Source: an uncultured Candidatus Saccharibacteria bacterium
GTDB lineage: Bacteria > Patescibacteriota > Doudnabacteria > UBA920
NCBI GenBank assembly: GCA_964650255.1
Contig: CAZYQT010000003.1
Location: 14,619 to 78,618 of the forward strand
Direction of reading: 5' to 3'
Length of the DNA stretch: 64,000 bases
Shown: positions 56,254-64,000 of the stretch, in pieces
Numbering within the stretch: the first letter of the stretch is position 1
Layout of the letters: every line of letters starts with the position of its first letter
Notes under the pieces: model-generated
Told to the model about the DNA's origin: nothing
Databases searched by the model: none
Seen by the model: only the letters and a program-made list of their open reading frames with translations
Program-made: the position numbers and the translations under genes

Positions 56254-57516
56254 TCAAGAAATTTGCCTCGGGGTTGGTTTGTAGAGAAGCAAGAAAATTA
56301 AGCCGGAAAATAGAATCATTACTGATGAAACCATGAGCGGAGCACTTGGTGTTAACCATGCTGCAACATATCCGGAAAGCATTGGTGCGATTGATTGTGC
56401 CAACGTATTGATACTAGAATTCACGCCTAAAATCTCGCCTTGCTTATCGGGTCCAGCACTCCGGCTGATTAATGACAAGAAATTTGCTTGAACTAAGCCA
56501 ATGAACATGGCAAAGAAAGGCACAATGAAGAGTAGCCCAGAACTGGTTTTGGGCACAAAGAATAAAGCAATGCTACCAGCTAGAGCGATTAAGCCAAACC
56601 GCAGAATACTATGTTCATTAAAATGTTTTGAGATAGTACTGTTTACCACTAATTGCGAAAATACAATCCATAAACCAATGTAGGCGAAGAAGTCACCTAC
56701 ATTGCCTTGAGTAAAATCAAATTTACGAATTAAGAAGATACTCGCGAATGTAAACAAAAAATTAAATCCCGCTTGAAACAAAAAATTACTAACAAAAGGA
56801 ACTCGTAAGGACTTTGCACGAAACGCAGCAATAATGTTGCGTATAGATTTTAACCACTGAATATATACGTGCGGATGAATTTTGGGTAATGTTTCCGGGA
56901 ATAGTACTAACACTGATAGGACGTTTATAAAACTTAACCCAGCGGCGAACCAAAATGGAGTGGCCGGATTAAACCAGTCCACTAGATTTGGGTCAGAAAG
57001 CTTTCCGCCTAAGTATGGGCCAATAATTAATCCTAGACCAAAGGCCGCACCAATAAACCCGAAATTACGAGCCCGCGTTACAGGAGTTGAGACATCGGCA
57101 ATCGCGGCTTGTGCAACAGAAATGTTGCCACCAGTTAAACCATCAACAGCGCGAGCGACAAACAACAAAGGGATGCTGCGAGTTAGAACTCCAATGGCAA
57201 ATGCAATATAGGAGAAACATGTGCCAGTCAATGAAACTGCCAAAACTTTCTTTCGTCCGAATTTGTCTGAAATCTGACCCAGAATTGGCGTAGCCACAAA
57301 TTGCATCAAAGGATAAATACCCACCAAGAAACCCAGTAAGATATAGCCAGTGTCTATAGACATGCCAGGGGGTAAAATTGAAAACACTGAGTTTTCGTTA
57401 CCAAGAAGTTGTGGTACCACAGGAATTAAAATACCGTAACCGAGCATGTCTACAAAAATTGTAAACAATACTACTGGTAACGGCCTGCGGCGTAAAAGTG
57501 ATGCGAGTTTTCCCAT
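56254..57516 (-). CDS. MFS efflux transporter (TetA/DHA1-like)
   Basis: D.LG.GI.IPV.P, GQISDKFGRK, GAAFGLG.IIGP..GG. Confidence 0.9.
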   Translation of the reverse strand: MGKLASLLRRRPLPVVLFTIFVDMLGYGILIPVVPQLLGNENSVFSILPPGMSIDTGYILLGFLVGIYPLMQFVATPILGQISDKFGRKKVLAVSLTGTCFSYIAFAIGVLTRSIPLLFVARAVDGLTGGNISVAQAAIADVSTPVTRARNFGFIGAAFGLGLIIGPYLGGKLSDPNLVDWFNPATPFWFAAGLSFINVLSVLVLFPETLPKIHPHVYIQWLKSIRNIIAAFRAKSLRVPFVSNFLFQAGFNFLFTFASIFLIRKFDFTQGNVGDFFAYIGLWIVFSQLVVNSTISKHFNEHSILRFGLIALAGSIALFFVPKTSSGLLFIVPFFAMFIGLVQANFLSLISRSAGPDKQGEILGVNSSINTLAQSIAPMLSGYVAAWLTPSAPLMVSSVMILFSGLIFLLLYKPTPRQIS

Positions 57517-57586
57517 AAATTTAGTACCTCGGTATTATATCATGCCACGTTCCAAAGGTGCTATAATGAGAAAAAGAAAGGTTTAT

Positions 57587-57913
57587 ATGAACTTTGATGA
57601 TTACCAAAAGGAATCTAATAAAACCGCTCAATACCCAAAGGAGCAAGCTTTGTACTATTGTGGTTTGGGCTTAACAGGGGAGGCGGGCGAAGTTGCTGAG
57701 AAACTAAAAAAGGTCCTGCGAAACGATAATGGCGTTTTGTCAGATGAAAAGAAGACCGAAATTCAAAAAGAATTAGGTGATGTATTATGGTACATCGCTC
57801 AGCTATGCACTGTGATGAATATTTCTATGCAAGATGTGGCCAAGGGAAATTTAGCTAAATTATTTGATCGGATGGATAGAAATGTTTTGAAAAGTGAAGG
57901 GGATAATCGGTAA
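57587..57913 (+). CDS. MazG-like NTP pyrophosphohydrolase (start MNFDDYQ)
   Basis: LGLTGEAGEVAEKLKK, ELGDVLWY, NLAKL.DR. Confidence 0.9.
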   Translation: MNFDDYQKESNKTAQYPKEQALYYCGLGLTGEAGEVAEKLKKVLRNDNGVLSDEKKTEIQKELGDVLWYIAQLCTVMNISMQDVAKGNLAKLFDRMDRNVLKSEGDNR

Positions 57914-58420
57914 ATGAAAAAACCATCAAAAAAGTACAGTCTCATAATCCGCAACTTTACCTTTGGAGTAGAAGATAGTTTAGTTTCCACTGTGGGATTG
58001 TTAGCTGGAATTGCTTTGGCTGGAGTTGGCCGAGAAACAATTGTCGTAACAGGTTTAGTGTTGATTTTTGTCGAAGCATTTTCTATGGGCGTGGGCAGCT
58101 TGTTGTCCGAGCAATCCGTAGAAGAGTACGAATCGAGCAAGGAAGTGTCTCTGGCAAAGCCAGGCATTGCAGCTCTGGTGATGCTTGTGTCGTATATTGT
58201 AGCTGGGTTAATACCTTTGGCGCCGTATGCTTTTTCTACTTCGGTGAGTGCGGTATATTGGTCCGTTGGGTTAACACTGCTGGCATTGTTAGTGTTGGGC
58301 GCATTTAATGCTCATTTGTTCAAAGTACGTTTGTGGAGAGACGCAATTCTTACTTTAGCCATGGGCGGCCTTGCTATTGTTGTGGGCGTTGTTGTTGGTC
58401 AGGTGGCTAATCACTTTTAA
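57914..58420 (+). CDS. VIT1/CCC1 family transporter
   Basis: FGVEDSLVST, AFSMGVG..LSE, GLIPL.PY. Confidence 0.85.
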   Translation: MKKPSKKYSLIIRNFTFGVEDSLVSTVGLLAGIALAGVGRETIVVTGLVLIFVEAFSMGVGSLLSEQSVEEYESSKEVSLAKPGIAALVMLVSYIVAGLIPLAPYAFSTSVSAVYWSVGLTLLALLVLGAFNAHLFKVRLWRDAILTLAMGGLAIVVGVVVGQVANHF

Positions 58421-58431
58421 CTTGCGATGTT

Positions 58432-58896
58432 ATGAAAGTCACGACTTTAGTAGTAGTTCATGATGATGAAAAGATTTTACTCGGTTATAAAAAACGTGGA
58501 TTTGGTGCTGGTCGTTGGAACGGGTTTGGCGGCAAGTTAAATGATGGAGAAACCTTAGAGCAGGCAGCGCATCGCGAGTTGGAGGAAGAAATTGGGATTA
58601 CTGCCAATAGCCTTCAGTCACGCGGTCAAATTGTTTTTACTTTTGAAGATGGCCATGAGCCAGTTGAGGTCAATATTTTTACCCTTGAATCTTTTTTGGG
58701 TGAACCAGTAGAGTCTGAAGAAATGCGCCCGCAGTGGTATTTGCATGCAGACATTCCATACTCTGAAATGTGGCCAGACGACGAGTTTTGGCTACCATTG
58801 GTTTTGCAAGGCAAGAACGTGACTGGCGCTGTTCATTTTGACAGCCCTGGCTCGCAAAATATTTTGCAAAATAGTTTTGAAGAACTAGTTATATAA
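58432..58896 (+). CDS. NUDIX 8-oxo-dGTPase (MTH1-like)
   Basis: KKRGFGAGRWNGFGGK, RELEEE, ESEEMRPQW, MWPDD.FW. Confidence 0.92.
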   Translation: MKVTTLVVVHDDEKILLGYKKRGFGAGRWNGFGGKLNDGETLEQAAHRELEEEIGITANSLQSRGQIVFTFEDGHEPVEVNIFTLESFLGEPVESEEMRPQWYLHADIPYSEMWPDDEFWLPLVLQGKNVTGAVHFDSPGSQNILQNSFEELVI

Positions 58897-58898
58897 TT

Positions 58899-60623
58899 AT
58901 GTTTAAGTTTAAATATTTTTATTTTTTAATTTTAACTTTCGCAATTGGTGGTTTAATTTTTGTTGCGCCGGTAAACCAAGTTCATGCGCAAGAAATTATC
59001 CCTAACTACCTGACTAACATTGTTATTAACAAAGACGGTAGCGTGAATGTTTCTGAGGAAATAACTTATGACTTTGGTAGTACAGAACATCATGGTATTA
59101 CCAGGAATATTCCATACAAATACAAAGCGCGTGGTGGTAACTATAAGCTACGCATAAGCAACATTACTGTGACGGATGATAAAGGTATCGCTGTACCATT
59201 TACTAAATCAACGGGTGGCGGGGAAATTCAATTGAAAATTGGCGACCCGGAAACTTTTGTAACCGGGCAGCATATTTATAAACTATCGTATACAGTTAGG
59301 AGAGCAATCAATTTTTTTGGTGATCACGATGAGTTTTATTGGAACGCCATTGGCCAAAGTAGCGAAGTGGGTGTAACAAAAGCGCAGGTAACTGTGACTG
59401 CACCAGCTCAAATGAATCCAGTTGTTTGTTATACCGGCGCTGCAGCAAGCACTGAGCAAAATTGCAGCATAGTTGGCGGTAATACTAATACCGCAACTAT
59501 TACCCTGACAAAGCCATTGTCGGCGAAAGAAGGAATTACTGTTGTCGCTGGCATGCCGGTTGGTAGTATCGACAAGCCAACCACAGCTCAAAAGCTGAAA
59601 GATATTATTTTGGATAATGGCATTTTGGTTTTACCGCTGCTCGTGCTAATTGGTATGTACTATATTTGGCAGCGGTTTGGTAAAGACGCCAAGCGGAAAA
59701 ATGCAATCGTTGCTCAGTACGAAGCACCGGATAATTTGTCTGCCATGTATGTTGGCGCATTAATGCATAGCTCGGTGGCAAATAAAGACATTGCAGCCGA
59801 AGTAATATATCTAGCCACTCAAGGGTATTTAAAAATAGAGCAGTTAGATACCAAAGCTTTGCTTGTGTTTAACAGCCATGATTATAAATTTACAAAATTA
59901 ACTAAACCAACCGAAGGTCTTGCTCCACAAACCCGAGCGCTATTAAATAAAATCTTTGCTTCAGGCAAGAACGAGGTGTTGTTATCTGAATTAAAAGGTG
60001 ATAAAGATTTTGGCACCGCACTGGCTGGAATTAAACATAGCGTTATGAAAAACTTGGTAGCAGATGGTTATTACCGTGCTAATCCAGTAGTGGTCAAATC
60101 TGCTTGGCTCGCCGGAGCGTTCATTGGCGGGGCAGCTCTAACTGGATTTTTGGGATCATCAATTGGATATATTGGTGGTATTGCAGGGGCAGCTTCTTGG
60201 ATAATCTTGTTGATATTCGCATACCTTATGCCGGCACGGACTCAAAAAGGTGCAGACACACTTGCGAAAATTTACGGTTTGGAAGATTATATGTCTGTAG
60301 CGGAGAAGGACCGAATGGCCTTCCATGATGCTCCAGAAAAAAAGCCTGAACAGTTTTCCATATTGTTGCCATTTGCAATTGCTTTGGGTGTTGAAGCCGC
60401 TTGGGCTGCACAGTTTAAGGGCTTAACTCAAGCGCCATCGTGGTACACTAGTACTAGTAGCCAAGCTTTCAATGCCATGGCTTTTACAAACTCGTTGAGC
60501 AATTTTTCTGGCTCCATGCAATCCGCTGCCAGCTCAGCAAGTTCAGCCTCTTCTGGTGGAAGTGGATTTAGCGGAGGCTCGAGTGGTGGAGGTTTTGGAG
60601 GCGGCAGCGTTGGTAGTTGGTAA
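58899..60623 (+). CDS. DUF2207 family membrane protein
   Basis: DGS..V.E.I.YDF, HGI.R.IP, DEFYWN, LPFAIALGV; SSGGGFGGG...SW end. Confidence 0.9.
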   Translation: MFKFKYFYFLILTFAIGGLIFVAPVNQVHAQEIIPNYLTNIVINKDGSVNVSEEITYDFGSTEHHGITRNIPYKYKARGGNYKLRISNITVTDDKGIAVPFTKSTGGGEIQLKIGDPETFVTGQHIYKLSYTVRRAINFFGDHDEFYWNAIGQSSEVGVTKAQVTVTAPAQMNPVVCYTGAAASTEQNCSIVGGNTNTATITLTKPLSAKEGITVVAGMPVGSIDKPTTAQKLKDIILDNGILVLPLLVLIGMYYIWQRFGKDAKRKNAIVAQYEAPDNLSAMYVGALMHSSVANKDIAAEVIYLATQGYLKIEQLDTKALLVFNSHDYKFTKLTKPTEGLAPQTRALLNKIFASGKNEVLLSELKGDKDFGTALAGIKHSVMKNLVADGYYRANPVVVKSAWLAGAFIGGAALTGFLGSSIGYIGGIAGAASWIILLIFAYLMPARTQKGADTLAKIYGLEDYMSVAEKDRMAFHDAPEKKPEQFSILLPFAIALGVEAAWAAQFKGLTQAPSWYTSTSSQAFNAMAFTNSLSNFSGSMQSAASSASSASSGGSGFSGGSSGGGFGGGSVGSW

Positions 60624-60637
60624 TTAATTTAAAGAGT

Positions 60638-61135
60638 ATGAGTTTTCCGTTTAATTTTATAATTATTCCAGGAATTATTATTGCCACTGCGGTTATCGGT
60701 GGCAAGCATGCCAGAAAAGGGGTTGATTCTTGGTATAAGCATTTGCACAAACCTAAAGGTACGCCGCCAGGAAAGTTAATTGGCGAAATATGGTTTTTCT
60801 TGTACGTAATCACTGGCTTAGCAGTTTTGTGGTATTGGAATGTATCTTATCCTGGGTGGACCAAATATTTGGTTGGGGGAGTATTACTGATAAATGCTTA
60901 TTATAATGCGACTTGGAACAAGGTTTTCTTTGTTGAGCATAACCTTGGTAAGGCCCATCAATTTGCCAAACGCCTCTTCGTGACGGCAGTGATTGCTGCT
61001 GGTCTAATGGCTGTGCATTCTTTCATTGCTGCATTCCTCATGCTGCCATATATTGTTTGGCTTGCTTATGCCACCAAGCTGGCTAGGCAAATTCAGAAAT
61101 TGAACCATCAGCAAAGTCATCAACAAAATAATTAG
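60638..61135 (+). CDS. TspO/MBR family protein
   Basis: WY..L.KP..TPP, IW..LY, LMLPYIVWL.YAT.L. Confidence 0.85.
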   Translation: MSFPFNFIIIPGIIIATAVIGGKHARKGVDSWYKHLHKPKGTPPGKLIGEIWFFLYVITGLAVLWYWNVSYPGWTKYLVGGVLLINAYYNATWNKVFFVEHNLGKAHQFAKRLFVTAVIAAGLMAVHSFIAAFLMLPYIVWLAYATKLARQIQKLNHQQSHQQNN

Positions 61136-61506
61136 TCATGTTTAAGCAATCTCCAGGCATCTGGAGATTTTTTCATCACGTACTCATTCTGTTTTCAGTT
61201 TTGAATAGTATATTGAAAGTGTTCCTGCTTTTGAGTCTGGTTATATTGCGGGAGCAGAAAGGATTTCCATGTTCGGAACAAAATTGGTCAACCATTTAGT
61301 TCGAGAACTCTGGGACGACGCCTAGCGAGGTTTATTATGATGTATGAAAAGAATGCAGGGGTATTTACAATTGAATAAGCGAGGAATTTTGCATTGCAAA
61401 TTATGAAATCGAATCACGCAATATTAGAAGGGAATCTCTCTTCGGCTGCTATCCACGCAGCAATTAAAAAGAAATATAAAAACCGCCTCAGTAAGAGAAG
61501 CGGTTT

Positions 61507-61695
61507 TTATGCTGCGACTTTGGCGGTCTTTGACTTGGCCTTAATGCAGCGCGTACAAGCTTTAACTCGGTTTCCATCTTCGTTACGAGTCCACTGAGTG
61601 TTTGGCATCAATCTGCGGATTGAAGCGCGCATAGAGTGGGATCGTTTGATAGTTTTTGAGTAAGTCTTGCCGCAAATGGTGCACATTCTTGGCAT
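61507..61695 (-). CDS. rpmB: 50S ribosomal protein L28 (CxxC..CxxC type)
   Basis: MPRMCTICGK, RSHS, R..PN.Q, CTRCIK. Confidence 0.92.
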   Translation of the reverse strand: MPRMCTICGKTYSKTIKRSHSMRASIRRLMPNTQWTRNEDGNRVKACTRCIKAKSKTAKVAA

Positions 61696-61782
61696 TTCAG
61701 TAAAATTTAATACTTGCTAAGTATATACGAATATATTAAAATTGGCAAGAGTTTGGAGTTTTTATTCAGGAGGAGTGCCAAA

Positions 61783-62112
61783 ATGTCTTTAGAATTGGTG
61801 TTATCGCGAATGTTTCTTGCCTTGCTGATAATTTTTCTGTCAGGACTATATGCCGTTACTTCGCTTGTATCACTAGCAATAATCAGATATGTGAAAAGTA
61901 GGTTATTTGGAAATTACCAGACTTTCCCGCCTGGATTTATTTATACTTTCTGGCTTGGATGCACTTTGTATCATGAAGTGTTGCTGATGCTGCAGATTTC
62001 CGAGTATATTAGCTTTAGGGATAGCGAACTCCTGTTTTTAATAGGAGCCACTACCTTGCCTTTACTTGCAATGGTTTCGCTGGGCCGAAATGATCCAGCG
62101 AATCGCCTCTGA
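61783..62112 (+). CDS. Hypothetical three-TM protein (start MSLELV)
   Basis: AGGAGG SD; hydrophobic helices. Confidence 0.55.
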   Translation: MSLELVLSRMFLALLIIFLSGLYAVTSLVSLAIIRYVKSRLFGNYQTFPPGFIYTFWLGCTLYHEVLLMLQISEYISFRDSELLFLIGATTLPLLAMVSLGRNDPANRL

Positions 62113-62146
62113 AAAGGGGCTTTTATTTTTGTGCTAAAATAAGTTT

Positions 62147-62764
62147 ATGGAAATTTTCATTACCTTAGTCATTTTAATATTTTCGGCCATTGTTCATGAG
62201 GTGTCGCACGGGCTTATGGCGGAAAAGTTAGGGGATAGTACGGCGCGCGATGAGGGGCGCATTACTTTAAACCCAATTCCGCATATCGATCCTTTTGGTT
62301 CGATTTTGCTACCAGCTTTGCTTTTATTTTTGCATAGCCCGATTGTGTTTGGTGCAGCCAAGCCTGTGCCTGTAGATTTCAATAATCTTAAACCGCGTAA
62401 GCTTGGTATGGCATTAGTCTCCCTGGCGGGACCTTTGAGTAACTTTATTTTGGCCGCAGTGTTTTTGTTGATTTTAAAATTTGGCTCACCACTACACATT
62501 ATTAACGAAATTTCTGGGCCAATTCTTACTACTGCAGCCTTAATTAATGTAGTGTTGGGAACTTTCAACTTGCTTCCAATCCCACCTCTTGATGGCAGCA
62601 AAATTGTGGCATCATTCTTGCCAGACAAATTAATGTACTGGATCCTCTCCATGGAGCAGTATGGATTTTTTCTAGTTATCATTTTTCTGATGCTGGGAAT
62701 TTTAGAGAAAATTTTGGTACCAGTAGTAACTTTGTTTTTCTCTCTGTTTGGAATTAGTATTTAA
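62147..62764 (+). CDS. Site-2 protease (M50)
   Basis: HEVSHG, AGPLSN, FNLLPIPPLDG. Confidence 0.94.
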   Translation: MEIFITLVILIFSAIVHEVSHGLMAEKLGDSTARDEGRITLNPIPHIDPFGSILLPALLLFLHSPIVFGAAKPVPVDFNNLKPRKLGMALVSLAGPLSNFILAAVFLLILKFGSPLHIINEISGPILTTAALINVVLGTFNLLPIPPLDGSKIVASFLPDKLMYWILSMEQYGFFLVIIFLMLGILEKILVPVVTLFFSLFGISI

Positions 62765-62782
62765 GATAAAATAGACAAAAGA

Positions 62783-62815
62783 AAAATACTCCCATTCTTG
62801 CGAAGGGGAGTATTT
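62783..62815. terminator. Terminator between convergent genes
   Basis: AAATACTCCC...GGGAGTATTT. Confidence 0.7.
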
Positions 62816-62838
62816 GCTTGTACTCGGGAAGTACATTG

Positions 62839-63471
62839 CTATTGTATGGTGAGGTGCGCGAACGGGTTCGCTGACTTTAATGGATTATAGCCTAAGCGTC
62901 CAAGGGCGCTTGTGAGCATCTTGGCACAGATTTTGCCGGCTGATTCTCTGGCAACCACCCTCGTGATCGGCTTAACTAAGTTTGCCTCGTCCTTGATGAA
63001 TATAATTAGGTCCTCCATGTTGATCCACTTACGGGATGTGCCGTGAATTCGACTTGAGGCGCTGTTCCCTTCGGACGCTAAGCGCCTTTCGTTGAATACG
63101 AAGGCGACTTCACCTCTTTCCAGTTCGATTCTGGGTTCGTCGTATGCCATCATCAAGCTCTTGTCGAGCTCTGATCCGGGAACAAAATTATAGAAATCGA
63201 TCGGGAGCTCTGGCGCTCGGTAGCGCAGTGTCATTTTACCGCTGACTGGTTTGAACTTTATCCAGTCGCCGGGTCGCATTGTGAACTCTCTTTCTTTTGA
63301 TTCCGCTGGTATCGCTTTTAGCTGCACCCATCGGTTTAGCTTCGGCGTTATTTCGAGGGCAGCGCAGGCTTCGTTGTTCAGAGGTCTGTGTACTCCGGGG
63401 ATCTTAAACAAATACTCAGATGATAGAATTAGGGTCGTATGAGGGGCAATACAATTGCCGTTATTTTCCAT
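62839..63471 (-). CDS. Hypothetical protein (start uncertain, MENNGN chosen)
   Basis: Long ORF ending at a terminator; no motif recognised. Confidence 0.55.
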   Translation of the reverse strand: MENNGNCIAPHTTLILSSEYLFKIPGVHRPLNNEACAALEITPKLNRWVQLKAIPAESKEREFTMRPGDWIKFKPVSGKMTLRYRAPELPIDFYNFVPGSELDKSLMMAYDEPRIELERGEVAFVFNERRLASEGNSASSRIHGTSRKWINMEDLIIFIKDEANLVKPITRVVARESAGKICAKMLTSALGRLGYNPLKSANPFAHLTIQ

Positions 63472-63611
63472 AATGTATTTAATCAGCAGATTAGGCTCGC
63501 TACACCACCAATATATCCTCTTATTGAAAGTTGATCCTGCTGCCTTCGGGATTGGCAACAGATTCATATTATACATCTTTTTAGCGGAATTGTCAACGAG
63601 TGGCTGACTAT

Positions 63612-63640
63612 TTGCTTTTTTCCTGAAAAGACTATATAAT
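63612..63640 (+). promoter_or_regulatory. Promoter of the rpsL operon
   Basis: TTGCTT-17 bp-TATAAT. Confidence 0.65.
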
Positions 63641-63863
63641 ATCAGCACAATTCATTTGAAGCCCAAGCTGACCCGAAAGGGGAGGCTCAAGAATTACTGA
63701 CACATTTGCTCGCTATATGGGAATTTACTGGCATAGGCTTCGCCAGAGTACCAAACAGCGAAACCTTAAGAGAATCGACTCTGGGTCGATTTTTTATGTG
63801 CTAATTAACGGGACGTCTCGAAAGAGGCACGTGTCATCCCACAAAGAAAGGGACATCTAAAAG

Positions 63864-64000
63864 ATGCCAACTATTAATCAATTGGTTCGAAAAGGCCGCA
63901 AGCCTTTGAAAGCCAAGAGTAAGTCTCCGGCGCTACAACGCCGCGTAAACTTGCTGAAGAACAAAACCATCAACATGCCAACCGGCAGCCCGTTTATGCG
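63864..64000 (+). CDS. rpsL: 30S ribosomal protein S12, 5' part (truncated by the window edge)
   Basis: MPTINQLVRKGRKPLKAKSKSPALQ...SPFM. Confidence 0.95.
   Translation, partial: MPTINQLVRKGRKPLKAKSKSPALQRRVNLLKNKTINMPTGSPFM

Noticed and set aside
55216-57600. parS site or plasmid-type partition cassette
   Set aside because: No TGTTTCACGTGAAACA-like palindrome was seen by eye and no parA is adjacent; ParB is chromosomal Spo0J type.
1-64000. Alternative genetic code (TGA=Gly) and the many short overlapping ORFs in the track
   Set aside because: Conserved genes are full length under code 11 and several end in TGA. The short ORFs overlap confident genes in other frames or strands and have no motifs.

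Overview
This is a gene-dense bacterial chromosome segment using the standard code (TGA acts as stop). Its content is typical of Patescibacteria/CPR, which is an inference: homodimeric GlyRS, a CPR-style pilin-like protein, a free-standing LAGLIDADG gene beside a tRNA, and many apparently leaderless genes. Housekeeping genes include rpsO, pnp, tgt, glyQS, nfo, metG, tatD, glyA, uppP, parB, rpmB, a partial rpsL, dus, a Xer-type recombinase and a DEAD-box helicase. There are four tRNAs (His-GTG, Arg-TCT, Arg-GCG, Leu-CAA), a glycoside hydrolase/EamA/ROK cluster and an ECF sigma/anti-sigma/target locus. The main unexplained structure is an integrase-free tandem array of one- or two-gene cassettes downstream of tRNA-His (about 11.1-15.1 kb). 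Each junction has a related terminator whose U-tract merges into an extended -10 box and a leaderless ATG. Three junctions also carry a 36-bp element that is conserved as a peptide (xGxIVEDVxTA); two of these begin with the tRNA-His 3' end (TGGGGT). This suggests repeated site-specific cassette capture at the tRNA. Other candidates: matching ECF promoters, a leader-peptide attenuator before a GNAT gene, a stand-alone 30-aa membrane peptide unit, a ~150-nt hairpin before pnp, and a structured rpsL leader. All family calls come from motif recognition by eye, not database searches.
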